Positions 18,649-28,671 of a stretch of DNA of 64,000 nucleotides are shown piece by piece (position 1 is the stretch's first letter; every line of letters begins with the position of its first letter). The notes below the pieces were generated by a model. It worked only from the letters and a program-made list of their open reading frames with translations, searched no databases and was not told the origin of the DNA. Position numbers and translations under genes: made by a program. The stretch is from Lentisphaerota bacterium (GTDB lineage: Bacteria > Verrucomicrobiota > Lentisphaeria > Victivallales > Victivallaceae): the NCBI GenBank assembly GCA_015061885.1, contig SUVS01000003.1, forward strand, positions 17,840-81,839, written 5' to 3'.

Positions 18649-20094
18649 TTATTTGAATTCACAAGAAATCAATGCTTTTTCATCACAAATAACCAACGGG
18701 TAATCGGTAAGCGGCAATCCGTTGAAAAAATAGAGTTCATCGAAAGCTTCCACATTCCAGTCTTTCACCCGGTAAATCTTACCCGAGAGCATATCCACCA
18801 GCACCGGTTTTTCGATAGGCTTCAAAGCCGGATTTTTCTCTCCGGCAAGCATCAATGGAGCAATGCCTTCAAAGCCATACTGCACATCTTCGGATAAACT
18901 GTACGCAAAGAACGGATAACCGTTACGCTCATAAGTGTAAGTCTGGATGGCAATATCTATCAAACGCGAATGGCGTTCGTAACGCGGCAGAGCTTCGTGC
19001 AAATTTGCCGCACAATAGAGTTCTGCCGGTTGGGTTTTGTCATCAAAAAATACCGCCAGATGCTGCATGGTTTTATAGGAGAGTTTGGGCTGATAATTCA
19101 CGCCGTCGAGGATGCCATGCCGAGCCGGATTTTTCTTGGTGACATCAGCCATTTTATAGGTTCCCATCATATCCGCCATCTGGAAGAATGAACTCTTTTT
19201 CATCCCCAGAGATATATCAAGGAAGTACCGGCGGAGCATCCAGATCGCCTGATTATGTTCGCTTTCAAAAACATAGGGTTCCATCTGGTGTACCGGCGGA
19301 AACCACGAGGCAAACCCGGCTTCCCCCTGCCAGAGTTCCACATGTCTGCCGCCGTTTTCATCCATTATTCTCCGGAGCGAAGCTACAAACTTCGGATAAT
19401 TCAATTCCGGCTGCTGACAGTAGGCATGGATGGAAAAGAAATTCAATTCTCTGGCAATACCCGTCCGGAACAGTTTAAGCACAAAACCACTCCGCACCCA
19501 AGTAGAATGGGTCGCCACGCAACCGCCGATCCTGGCATCGGGAATCACCGAGCGGATCTCGTCTGCAGTGATCTTGATAAACCGGGCATATTCTGCCGGG
19601 TCGGCTTTACGCGGCTGCCAGAAGTTGGAAATATTTGATTCATTCCAGATTTCAAAGTATTCGATTCTGCCTTTAAAGTGTTCAGACAATGCACGGATAT
19701 AGTTTTTCCATGCCTGAAGAGTTTCTTCACCGTAATAAAGCGGCACAAACCCCACCGCCGCATCGCTGTAAACATCGTTCATATAAAGTTTGTTGCCGTA
19801 GCCGACATTGAACCACGGCTTGACACCCTGTGCCAGCAAATTATCCACAATACTGTCGAGCCACTCAAAAGTATAGACGCCTTTCTGCTGTTCGCAACGG
19901 CACCAGCCGGTCTGACAGCGTGCCCACTTTACGCCGGTTTTCCCCAGCGGTTCATAACAGCGGTCAGGATCGAACATCTGCCGGTCAAGACATTCAAAAC
20001 CAATGCTGATGGGAGAATCTTTTATTTCCTGTGAAGAAAGCACTTTAAGTTTGCCGACTTCTTCCAGATTTACCGATTTATGCTTAAAAATCAT
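18649..20094 (-). CDS. clan GH-A TIM-barrel glycoside hydrolase (GH39/GH5-like)
   Basis: 481 aa with FECLDR..FD, GVKWARCQTGW, EIWNESN (acid/base NE) and WQGEAG (candidate nucleophile). No signal peptide. Confidence 0.6.
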   Translation of the reverse strand: MIFKHKSVNLEEVGKLKVLSSQEIKDSPISIGFECLDRQMFDPDRCYEPLGKTGVKWARCQTGWCRCEQQKGVYTFEWLDSIVDNLLAQGVKPWFNVGYGNKLYMNDVYSDAAVGFVPLYYGEETLQAWKNYIRALSEHFKGRIEYFEIWNESNISNFWQPRKADPAEYARFIKITADEIRSVIPDARIGGCVATHSTWVRSGFVLKLFRTGIARELNFFSIHAYCQQPELNYPKFVASLRRIMDENGGRHVELWQGEAGFASWFPPVHQMEPYVFESEHNQAIWMLRRYFLDISLGMKKSSFFQMADMMGTYKMADVTKKNPARHGILDGVNYQPKLSYKTMQHLAVFFDDKTQPAELYCAANLHEALPRYERHSRLIDIAIQTYTYERNGYPFFAYSLSEDVQYGFEGIAPLMLAGEKNPALKPIEKPVLVDMLSGKIYRVKDWNVEAFDELYFFNGLPLTDYPLVICDEKALISCEFK

Positions 20095-20107
20095 ATTCCC
20101 ATCCCGA

Positions 20108-21391
20108 TCAATAAATCATAAACTCTTTAACACTCTTTTTATACTCCGCACTCTCTTTTGCTCCGCGGGCGATAAATTCAGCGGTACTCTGTTTGCCTGT
20201 ACGCCAGTCGGAAGAACCCAGCACCGGGTCAAAAATCCTTACATCGCAGCGGCCGTTGGGGAAAGGTATGGCAAACTCTTTGCAGCAGCTGCGGAAGACT
20301 TCCAGCATCCACATACCCATTTCAAAAGTATTGACTGCATGACTGTCGGTAACAAAGATCTGTACGCCCCGGCAGCACTCGCCCAGATACTTTTTGAAAG
20401 CGTTGTATTCGGCAGTAAACGCACAAGGCCGGAAAAAGACCCCTTTGAGCTTGAGTTTATTAAGTTCATTGGCAACCTTATAAGCGTCAACAAAAGGTGC
20501 TCCATACATTTCGTAAGGCCGGGTGGTGCCCCGGGCTTCGGAAATATTGGTTTGCCCGAACTGGGTGCATCCGGCATACAGCAAGGCACTGGTAAAGTTG
20601 GGCAGATTGGGCGAGGGATTGCTCCAAAAGAGATCCATATCGTCAAACATCATATCCCGCTTGAGGTTGCTGCAAGGCACTACGGTCAAACGGCAGGCGT
20701 TGTTGTAATAACGCTTGTTGACCATTTTGGCATATTCGCCGTGGGTCAAGCCGAACCGCCACGGTATGCCGTAGCCCCAGCGTTTATCAAAGTCCCCTTC
20801 GGGCATAACGCCTTCCACCGCTTCCAATCCCAGAGGATTGATGCGGTCAAGCACGATCAACTCTTTATTGAGTTTGGCACAATCTTCGATCAAGTAAGCC
20901 AATGTCCGCAAATAGCTGAATGCCCTACTGCCCACATCCTGAATATCGTAAACAATGGCGTCGATATCTTTGACCCGTTCTTCGGTCAGATGCAAAGTGG
21001 GGCGATATATGGAATAGACCTTTTTCTTATAGATCGGGTCGATGGTATCGTCAAATTTGACCCCGTTCTGCAAATCGCCCCGGATGCCGTGTTCGGGAGC
21101 AAAAAAGACCTCCACACGGTTTTCCGCCGCCAAGAGATCGGCTACGGTGCGGCATTGCCGGTCGATGGCAGAAGGGTTGGTCACCAGACCGATTTTATAG
21201 TTTTTCAAAGCATTTTTAACTGCCTGAATATTGTCAATTCCATTCAAAACCTGTTTTTGCATACTTATGCTCTTTCCGTTTCTGCTTCCGTTGCTGACGC
21301 TCCGGCAACCACCGGCAACAAATGTTGAACCACCCAGCATGGCGGCGGCTCCAGCCGTAAATGCATTTTTGATAAAATCCCTGCGATCCAT
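20108..21391 (-). CDS. DUF1343 family protein (NamZ-like exo-beta-N-acetylmuramidase, GH171)
   Basis: 427 aa. Tat-like signal MDRRDFIKNAFTAGAAAMLGG, then GLVTNPSAIDR...FAPEHGIRGD, which is typical of DUF1343/NamZ. Confidence 0.75.
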   Translation of the reverse strand: MDRRDFIKNAFTAGAAAMLGGSTFVAGGCRSVSNGSRNGKSISMQKQVLNGIDNIQAVKNALKNYKIGLVTNPSAIDRQCRTVADLLAAENRVEVFFAPEHGIRGDLQNGVKFDDTIDPIYKKKVYSIYRPTLHLTEERVKDIDAIVYDIQDVGSRAFSYLRTLAYLIEDCAKLNKELIVLDRINPLGLEAVEGVMPEGDFDKRWGYGIPWRFGLTHGEYAKMVNKRYYNNACRLTVVPCSNLKRDMMFDDMDLFWSNPSPNLPNFTSALLYAGCTQFGQTNISEARGTTRPYEMYGAPFVDAYKVANELNKLKLKGVFFRPCAFTAEYNAFKKYLGECCRGVQIFVTDSHAVNTFEMGMWMLEVFRSCCKEFAIPFPNGRCDVRIFDPVLGSSDWRTGKQSTAEFIARGAKESAEYKKSVKEFMIY

Positions 21392-21525
21392 GAAAAACCC
21401 CTGTTTACATTTTTTTGTTGTACAGTGAAAAAGCTTTTATAAAAACACGCTTGCAAATAATACAACAGCTCAACAGCGGTGTCAAGGATGATTATGTCAA
21501 ATAAATTGGACTTTTTTGACAAAGG

Positions 21526-22347
21526 TTATTTTTCTCTGAAACTGCGTGGGGTCATACCGGTATTGCGGCGGAAAAAACGGCAGAAATAACCGTCATCGCA
21601 AAAACCCAGCCGGGTGGCAATTTCTGAAAGCGGCAGAGTGGTTTCTTTGAGCATTCTTTTAGCTTCAAGCAATTTGAGTTTATTCAAATAACTGCCGGGT
21701 GGACAATGGAAAAGTTTTTCCCAGTAACGCAGGAAATTTCTCCGGCTGAAACCATAGTGGGCGGAAAGTTTGTCTATATCGCACTTTTCCGTATAGTGCG
21801 TTTGCAGATAAGAGGCTATATTCAGGATTTTTTTGTCAACTTCATTCAACTCGGTCTGTTTTGCCGTCCAACTTAACATAGCTTCGTGAACCAGCGTGTA
21901 ACAAGCCAGATCAAGTTTATCGGCACACCCCGGTTCGTTCAAGTGATTGCGGGAGTTTTTCAGCAGTTCCATGACCTGCGGCATGCTCTCCGGCAACGAT
22001 ATTTCGGCAATGTAAAAATTACCCGGTAAGCCGCAACGGGCAAAAAATGCTTCCGCCTCCGGCTGGTAGGAAAAGTAAAAAACATCCGCTGAATTTACAT
22101 TGAGAAACTCAATATCCTGCCCCGGATATTTTATCATCAGATGCGGAAATCCCACCTCGTGAAAAACTCCGTCGATCTTCAATTGCAATTTCTGCAAGTT
22201 GTTTCCGGATAAGCGGAAACAGAATTGTAATGAATTACATTTACCGCTGTTGAGCTGAAAATCCTGCCAATGCTCCAACGTTCGCAGATGAGGCAGAGTA
22301 TTCAGCTTGCGGGGCAGATTTTCCAACCATAGAACAGGAGATGCCAT
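21526..22347 (-). CDS. AraC family transcriptional regulator
   Basis: 273 aa with a C-terminal double HTH (LSEIATRLGFCDDGYFCRFFRRNTGMTPRSFR). It sits directly upstream of the NamZ operon on the same strand. Confidence 0.85.
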   Translation of the reverse strand: MASPVLWLENLPRKLNTLPHLRTLEHWQDFQLNSGKCNSLQFCFRLSGNNLQKLQLKIDGVFHEVGFPHLMIKYPGQDIEFLNVNSADVFYFSYQPEAEAFFARCGLPGNFYIAEISLPESMPQVMELLKNSRNHLNEPGCADKLDLACYTLVHEAMLSWTAKQTELNEVDKKILNIASYLQTHYTEKCDIDKLSAHYGFSRRNFLRYWEKLFHCPPGSYLNKLKLLEAKRMLKETTLPLSEIATRLGFCDDGYFCRFFRRNTGMTPRSFREK

Positions 22348-22367
22348 TTTATTTTACCGGTATTGCC

Positions 22368-22405
22368 TAAACAAAAAAGCGTGCTGTTTCGGGCAACACG
22401 CTTTT
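22368..22405 (-). terminator. rho-independent terminator after the FKBP gene
   Basis: Minus-strand hairpin AAAAGCGTG-loop-CACGCTTTT followed by TTTTGTTT, 10 nt after the stop at 22416. Confidence 0.7.
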
Positions 22406-22415
22406 ACTGTTATTT

Positions 22416-23036
22416 TCAGACTATGGCTATAAGTTCCACATCGAAGATCAGTGCGGCTTCCGGCGGGATCGCCTGACCGGCTCCGCGTTTGCCGTAGCCC
22501 AGCTTGGAAGGAATGAACAAACGGTATTTGCTGCCCACGCTCATAAGCTGAAGACCTTCAGTCCAGCCGGCGATCACCTGGGTCAGCATGAATTCCAGCG
22601 GTTCACCACGCTGGATGGAGCTGTCAAAGACTTCGCCGTTGAGGAGTTTGCCTTCGTAGTGAACACGCACTTTGCTGTTCATGGCGGGTTTGGGGCCGTT
22701 GCCTTCTTCGATAACTTTGTACTGCAAACCGCTGGCGGTAACTTTTACGCCCTCGGCTTTGGCGTTTTCTGCCATGAATTTGGCTTCGGCTTCGCGGTTG
22801 GCGGCGGCAACGGCTTCGATTTCCTTTTCACCGGCAGCACGCATAAGCTCCTGCAATTTCTGCATAGCCTGGGCATATTCTTCGGGGGAAAGTTTGCTTT
22901 CACCAGCCAGATAATCGGCCAGACCGGCGGCAACGACTTTGCCATCCATCTTTACTGCCATCTGCTGAACATATTCGCCCATGTTGATACCGACTGCATA
23001 GGCAAATTTTTCCATATCGCTTGCAAAATTACTCAT
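22416..23036 (-). CDS. fklB: FKBP-type peptidyl-prolyl cis-trans isomerase (FklB/FkpA family)
   Basis: 206 aa with an N-terminal dimerisation helix domain and a C-terminal FKBP domain (VHYEGKLLNGEVFDSS..PLEF.L.QVIAGWTEGLQLM..GSKYRLFIPS.LGYG). No signal peptide. Confidence 0.8.
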   Translation of the reverse strand: MSNFASDMEKFAYAVGINMGEYVQQMAVKMDGKVVAAGLADYLAGESKLSPEEYAQAMQKLQELMRAAGEKEIEAVAAANREAEAKFMAENAKAEGVKVTASGLQYKVIEEGNGPKPAMNSKVRVHYEGKLLNGEVFDSSIQRGEPLEFMLTQVIAGWTEGLQLMSVGSKYRLFIPSKLGYGKRGAGQAIPPEAALIFDVELIAIV

Positions 23037-23068
23037 AGTGTTGTATTCCTTATAGTTAAATGGTTTGG

Positions 23069-23875
23069 TTATTCTTCGTCAAACATAAAGCCGGCGAGTT
23101 CGCTTTCGCCTGCCATTATACCGCGTTCGCTGTTGCGGATAAAGTCCACAAAGTGTGCCACTTCCGGCGTCATGGGTTCGCTTTCGATCTCGGCAAGGGC
23201 ATTACTGCCGTTCAAATCCTTGAAAAAATAGGTTTTGATCGCCTTGCGGATCGCCAGCCGTTCATCAGAACTCATTCCTGCCCGCCGCATACCTATAACA
23301 TTGGGGCCGCAGACCCGGCAGTTTTCGGCAAGCATACAATATGGCGGCACATCCTGCGGCAGGATCGTCCGTCCGCCGATCATGGCAAGTTTACCGATCC
23401 GGCAGAACTGATGGATAAGCACATAAGCACTCAACACCGCCCGGTCTTCGATAATAACATGTCCGGCTACCGCCGTCTGATTGGCGATCGTTACATAGCT
23501 TCCGATCTGGGCATCGTGCCCGATATGCACAAATGCCATCAGCAAAGTTCCGTCGCCCACACGGGTGACTTTATCTTCAAACGGCGACCGGTGAATAGTA
23601 ACATACTCCCGGATGACCGCATTTTTCCCGATTTCCGTAAAGCTCCGCAAGCCGGGTTTGAAACGGTGATCTTGCGGTTCAGTGCCGACCAATGCTCCAA
23701 AATAGATCCGCGTGCCTTCGCCGACAGTAGTGTATTCGCAAACTTTGGCATGGGCATCTATCCAGCAGTTATCGCCGATAACGCAATTATTTTCCACCAC
23801 TGCATAGGGGCCGATCTCCACATTTCTGCCGATTTTTGCTCCCGGAGCAATGGCGGCGGTCGGATGTATCGCCAT
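23069..23875 (-). CDS. lpxA: acyl-ACP--UDP-N-acetylglucosamine O-acyltransferase
   Basis: 268 aa with hexapeptide repeats from the N-terminus (IHPTAAIAPGAKIGRNVEIGPYAVVE...) and a helical C-terminal domain. The start overlaps the pyrH stop (TAATG). Confidence 0.9.
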   Translation of the reverse strand: MAIHPTAAIAPGAKIGRNVEIGPYAVVENNCVIGDNCWIDAHAKVCEYTTVGEGTRIYFGALVGTEPQDHRFKPGLRSFTEIGKNAVIREYVTIHRSPFEDKVTRVGDGTLLMAFVHIGHDAQIGSYVTIANQTAVAGHVIIEDRAVLSAYVLIHQFCRIGKLAMIGGRTILPQDVPPYCMLAENCRVCGPNVIGMRRAGMSSDERLAIRKAIKTYFFKDLNGSNALAEIESEPMTPEVAHFVDFIRNSERGIMAGESELAGFMFDEE

Positions 23876-24594
23876 TATTTCACCACCGTTCCGGCGGAAG
23901 TATCGCCCATGAGAACGCGTTCCAAACTGCCGGTTTCAAAGAAGTTGAATACCACAATGGGCAGATCGTGTTCGCGGCACAGACTGAAAGCGGCGGCATC
24001 CATGACTTTGAGCTGTTTGCTCAAGGCTTCTTCGTAGCTCAAAACCTTGTAACGCACGGCGTTGGGGTCTTTGAAGGGGTCGGCAGTGTAAATACCATCG
24101 ACTTTGGTGGCTTTGAGCACGGCATCGCACTGGGTTTCCAACGCCCGCAGTGCGGCAGTGGTATCGGTTGTAAAGAAAGGACTGCCGGTGCCGCCGGCAA
24201 AGATCACAACTTTGCCTGCTTCCAGATCACGCATTGCTTTAGCACGGTCGAACTGGGGAACAGCAGTACCCCATGCCTGCGAACCGTAAACTTCGGCATT
24301 AAGACCGTTATTGTTGCAGAACTCCTTCAGACAGAGGGCGTTCATCATGGTTGCCAGCATCCCCATATAGTCGCAGGAAACCGGATCCATGCCGGTATTG
24401 GCTCCCATAACACCACGCCAGATATTGCCGGCACCTACAACGATCGCCACTTCCAAACCCTGATCGACCAGCGGTTTGATGCGGGCAACGACATTGCGGA
24501 CAGCCTCGGAGTCGTAGCCGTGATCGAATGAACCTTTGAGAGTTTCGCCGCTCAACTTGAGCAACACGCGATTGTAAACAAAATTGCCGGACAT
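23875..24594 (-). CDS. pyrH: UMP kinase
   Basis: 239 aa with YNRVLLKLSGETL, VVGAGNIWRG and IFAGGTGSPFFTTDTTAALRA motifs. Confidence 0.92.
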   Translation of the reverse strand: MSGNFVYNRVLLKLSGETLKGSFDHGYDSEAVRNVVARIKPLVDQGLEVAIVVGAGNIWRGVMGANTGMDPVSCDYMGMLATMMNALCLKEFCNNNGLNAEVYGSQAWGTAVPQFDRAKAMRDLEAGKVVIFAGGTGSPFFTTDTTAALRALETQCDAVLKATKVDGIYTADPFKDPNAVRYKVLSYEEALSKQLKVMDAAAFSLCREHDLPIVVFNFFETGSLERVLMGDTSAGTVVK

Positions 24595-24742
24595 AATAAC
24601 GCCTTTCGTTAAAAATTATATGCTTAAAGTAAATATAACCCGGAAAACCCATTCTTGCAAAGAAATTTTCTTGAGTTTTGGCAAATAGTGATTATATTAT
24701 TATTATTCAATGGCAATTTCCATAAATCAAAAGGGATTTTTT

Positions 24743-25756
24743 ATGGCTGACAACAAACTTAAAGTCGGCGTCATCGGCGTCGGAGCGTTGGGGCGGCATC
24801 ATGCCCGTCTTTATAATTTGAGTGAAAATGCTGAAGTCGTCGGTATCTTTGACACCACCGCCGCCACTGCCCGTGCGGTCGGCGAAGAATTCGGACTTAA
24901 AGTTTACGATACCTGGCAGAAACTCGCCGCCGACTGCGACGCTCTTTCTGTGGCAGTGCCCGCTACTTACCACCACGCCATGACTATTCCGCTGTTGGAA
25001 ATGAAAAAGCACGTTCTGGTGGAAAAACCCATCGCCGCCACGGTCGAAGAAGCCGAAGCCATGGTCAAAGCCGCCAGAGAAAACAATGTAGTTCTGGCAG
25101 TCGGTCATGTGGAACGCTTCAACCCGGCAATGGATTTTCTGGAAAAATACAAAGCCAATACCCGTTTTATCGAAGCCCACCGTCTTGCCAATTATCCGCC
25201 GCCGCGACCCGGCAGTTACCGCCGCGGTACGGAAGTCAGCGTAGTACTCGATTTGATGATCCACGATATTGACCTGGTGCTGACCATGGTCGATAGCGAT
25301 GTGGAACGTTTTGACGCTGTTGGTATTCCGGTAATGGGTACGACCGAAGATATCGTCAGCGTGCGTATCAAGTTCCAAAACGGTTCGGTTGCCAACATGA
25401 CCGCCAGCCGCGTAAGTCAGGAACCCATGCGGCGTTTCCGCGTGTTTCAGGAAGACTGCTACCTCTCCATGGACTACGGCAAACACTCCGGCGTGGTGCT
25501 TAAACGCAACCGCATCGGTCTGGCACGCAAAGATATTGCCCTCAACGAAAAGAATGCTCTGGCTGCCGAGCTGGAAGATTTTATCGCCGCAGTCAAGGCC
25601 TCGCAGGAGTCCGGCAGTGTGGTATCGGCAAAAGTTTCCGGCGAAGCCGGACTCAAAGCCCTCAAACTGGCTACTGCCATCGAAAAAGAAGTCCGCGACT
25701 ACAACGAACGCTATGGTTTCAAATTCCGCACTCCGCCGGCCGTGGAAGACTGCTGA
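24743..25756 (+). CDS. Gfo/Idh/MocA family NAD(P)-dependent oxidoreductase
   Basis: Start at ATG 24743 (MADNKLKVGVIGVGALGRHHA, Rossmann GxGxxG). EKP motif (VLVEKPIA). Divergent from the pyrH-lpxA pair. Confidence 0.8.
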   Translation: MADNKLKVGVIGVGALGRHHARLYNLSENAEVVGIFDTTAATARAVGEEFGLKVYDTWQKLAADCDALSVAVPATYHHAMTIPLLEMKKHVLVEKPIAATVEEAEAMVKAARENNVVLAVGHVERFNPAMDFLEKYKANTRFIEAHRLANYPPPRPGSYRRGTEVSVVLDLMIHDIDLVLTMVDSDVERFDAVGIPVMGTTEDIVSVRIKFQNGSVANMTASRVSQEPMRRFRVFQEDCYLSMDYGKHSGVVLKRNRIGLARKDIALNEKNALAAELEDFIAAVKASQESGSVVSAKVSGEAGLKALKLATAIEKEVRDYNERYGFKFRTPPAVEDC

Positions 25757-25764
25757 AGATATAA

Positions 25765-28020
25765 GTGCTTATAGCCAAAGTCATTGTAGAACTTTCACTG
25801 GATAAGAAGTTCGATTATATCGTGCCGCCGGAGCTGACTTCGGCGGTACACCCCGGTGTGCGGGTGGAAGTGCCGTTCGGCAAAACCCGCCGCACCGGAT
25901 GTGTTTTGAGTGTAAGCAATGTGGAAAATTTCCAAAGCAAATTTGCACTCAAAAACATTCTTGCTGTCAAAAGCAACACTCCTCAACTGCCCGCCAAACT
26001 TCTGGAACTGGGCAGTTGGATGGCAGATTACTATTGCTGCAGTTACGAGCAGACCATCAAAGCCCTGCTGCCGGGTGCGGTCAGACGCGGCACGGCAAAC
26101 CGGGGCAAAAGGCGTTTCGTGCTGGGCGAACAAAGCAAAGTCGATGAGTATTTTCATACGCACAGCAATCACAAATCTGCCGCCAAACGCTTGAGCGTAT
26201 TGCAGCTGCTTTCGCGTGAAGAATACCTTACTGCTGAAGAAATAACCCAAAGTTGCGGAGCCGGAGCAAGTGTAGTCAAAGCTCTTTTGGATGAAGAACT
26301 TATCAAAGTCGGCTCCGTCGATCCCACCGCTACAAGGCGTGAGCGTTTTCAAATGAAAGTCGCTCCCGATAAACCCCGCACGCCGACGGCGGAACAAGCC
26401 AAAGCGTTGGAAGGCATCTGCTATTTACTTGACCATGAAGAAGAAAAAGTCCGCACCGGATTGCTTTTCGGCGTTACCGGTTCGGGCAAGACCGAAGTTT
26501 ATCTGCAAAGTATTGCCCACGCTCTTGAACTGGGCAAAAGTGCCATTGTGCTGGTGCCGGAAATCTCGCTTACCCCGCAAACTGTCCGGCGGTTCCGTGC
26601 CAGATTCGGCAATGCTCTGGCGGTTCTTCACAGCCGTTTGAGCGATGCCGAGCGGCGGGAAGAGTGGCAGAAAATCTACCGGCAGGAAGCAAAGATCGCC
26701 ATCGGAGCAAGGTCGGCACTCTTTGCCCCGCTGGCTGATCTGGGGTTGATCGTAGTCGATGAAGAACACGAAAACAGCTACAAACAATCCGAAGCTCCGC
26801 GTTATTCAGCCAGAGATGTAGCCGTTATGCGAGGAAAATTGGAAAACGCCGCCGTGATCCTCGGCAGTGCCACGCCGTCGCTGGAAACTTATTACAATGC
26901 CCTCAACGGCAAATACAAACTCTGGACTCTCAAAAACCGTGCCGAAGACTCCCCGCTGCCGGAAGTCCGGGTAGTGGATCTGGCAGTGGCACAGGCACGG
27001 GCAAAAGAAAATCACGAAAAAAACAGTTCGCTTTTTACCCCCGAACTGGTCAGTGCCATCCATGACCGCTTGCGTTTGAAAGAGCAAGTGATACTCTTCC
27101 TGAACCGGAGGGGATTTGCCCGCGAACTCGGCTGTCCGGAGGAGGACTGCACCTGGGTAGCGGAGTGTCCGGATTGCTCCAAAGCATATATTTATCACAA
27201 ATCACGCCAGATGCTTACTTGCGGACTTTGCGGCAGGATCGCTCCGGCTCCCGCACACTGTCCGCAGTGCAATGCCGATGTATTGAAGTTCCGGGGGGTG
27301 GGCACTGAACGCATTGAGGAAGCCGCAAGGCGGATTTTCCCCTACGCCCGCATTGAACGCATGGATTCAGATACCATGCGGGGAGCAAATTCGCATGAAA
27401 TAACGCTGGAAAAATTCCGCCGCGGCGAACTGGATATACTTATCGGTACGCAGATGATCGCCAAAGGGCTGGATTTTCCCAATGTGACCCTCGTCGGCGT
27501 TATCAATGCCGACAGCGGCTTGAATATACCCGATGTGCGGGCTTCGGAACGCACATTCCAGCTTTTGACCCAGGTTGCAGGGCGTGCCGGCAGAGGCGAT
27601 AAACACGGCGAAGTCATAATCCAGACTTTCAGCCCGTACAACGATGTTATACGCTACGCTGTGGCACAGGATTTTCCGGCGTTTTACGAATACGATGCCT
27701 CGGTGCGGCAAGTTCTGCAATATCCGCCATTCGGTCATTTAATCGCATTGTACGCCAGAAGCGAAAACGAAAGCGACGCCGTGGAAGTGATAAACGCCGT
27801 TTTCAATAAAGCCAAAGCCTATTGCGATGAAAGCGTTATCGCCGTGGAACCGGCACCGGCACCGCTGGCTCGGATCAAAGGCAAATACCGGTATATAGCT
27901 ACTTTCCGGGGCGAAAAGATTTCGCAGGTGCGGCGGGCACTGCGGCACTTTGTACTGCACGAAGTATGGAAAAAATCCGTAGATTTATATCTGGATATGG
28001 ATGCGGTAAGTTTGATCTGA
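25765..28020 (+). CDS. priA: primosomal protein N' (replication restart helicase PriA)
   Basis: 751 aa, GTG start. Walker A GVTGSGKTEVY, DEEH box (VVDEEHENSYKQ) and the Cys-rich zinc-binding insert (C..C...C..C). Confidence 0.9.
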   Translation: MLIAKVIVELSLDKKFDYIVPPELTSAVHPGVRVEVPFGKTRRTGCVLSVSNVENFQSKFALKNILAVKSNTPQLPAKLLELGSWMADYYCCSYEQTIKALLPGAVRRGTANRGKRRFVLGEQSKVDEYFHTHSNHKSAAKRLSVLQLLSREEYLTAEEITQSCGAGASVVKALLDEELIKVGSVDPTATRRERFQMKVAPDKPRTPTAEQAKALEGICYLLDHEEEKVRTGLLFGVTGSGKTEVYLQSIAHALELGKSAIVLVPEISLTPQTVRRFRARFGNALAVLHSRLSDAERREEWQKIYRQEAKIAIGARSALFAPLADLGLIVVDEEHENSYKQSEAPRYSARDVAVMRGKLENAAVILGSATPSLETYYNALNGKYKLWTLKNRAEDSPLPEVRVVDLAVAQARAKENHEKNSSLFTPELVSAIHDRLRLKEQVILFLNRRGFARELGCPEEDCTWVAECPDCSKAYIYHKSRQMLTCGLCGRIAPAPAHCPQCNADVLKFRGVGTERIEEAARRIFPYARIERMDSDTMRGANSHEITLEKFRRGELDILIGTQMIAKGLDFPNVTLVGVINADSGLNIPDVRASERTFQLLTQVAGRAGRGDKHGEVIIQTFSPYNDVIRYAVAQDFPAFYEYDASVRQVLQYPPFGHLIALYARSENESDAVEVINAVFNKAKAYCDESVIAVEPAPAPLARIKGKYRYIATFRGEKISQVRRALRHFVLHEVWKKSVDLYLDMDAVSLI

Positions 28021-28035
28021 TAAAGCTCCGGAAAA

Positions 28036-28644
28036 TTATTCCAGAATTGTTTTTTCAATATTAAGCACTACCGAACCTTTGCTGGCATCTTGCAGAAAAG
28101 CTGCCAATTCGGCTTGATTTGCTTCCGGCAGCCGCCCGGTAAACTCTATATTATCGGTGTAATTTTCCTCAAAGGCTTCAAACTTCAACCCCTCCAGCAG
28201 CTTTTTGGTTTGATCCAATAGATTGTAAGGCAAGGCAAAGTTGATGTGTGCCATCATTTGCAGCTCCCGGGTGGGGGCATTTTCCAAGGCGATTTGAGCC
28301 GCTTCGGTGTAGGCTTTGACCAAGCCGCCGGTACCCAGCTTGATGCCGCCGTACCAGCGGGCAGTGGTCAGAATAAAGTTGGTGATGCCGGAGTTTTTCA
28401 CCACTTCCAGCGTCGGCCGTCCGGCAGTACCCGCGGGTTCACCATCATCGGAACACCCCAGAATACCACCGGAATTGCCCACAACAAAGGCAAACACGAT
28501 GTGCCCGCCATTGTCATATTTGAGCTTCTGACTGTGCCAGATCGCCCGGGACTTTTCGGCACTATCCACCGGGATAGCCTCCGATAAAAACCGGGACTTT
28601 TTAACCACCATTTCAGCAACGGTCGGCGCAGTCAGAACTTTCAT
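28036..28644 (-). CDS. yigZ: IMPACT/YigZ family protein (UPF0029)
   Basis: 202 aa with KSRFLSEAIPV, GCSDDGEPAGTAGRP and VVTRYFGG-like (LTTARWYGGIKLGTGGL) motifs. Confidence 0.8.
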   Translation of the reverse strand: MKVLTAPTVAEMVVKKSRFLSEAIPVDSAEKSRAIWHSQKLKYDNGGHIVFAFVVGNSGGILGCSDDGEPAGTAGRPTLEVVKNSGITNFILTTARWYGGIKLGTGGLVKAYTEAAQIALENAPTRELQMMAHINFALPYNLLDQTKKLLEGLKFEAFEENYTDNIEFTGRLPEANQAELAAFLQDASKGSVVLNIEKTILE

Positions 28645-28671
28645 AATGTATTAACTTTACAGTTGAAACTT

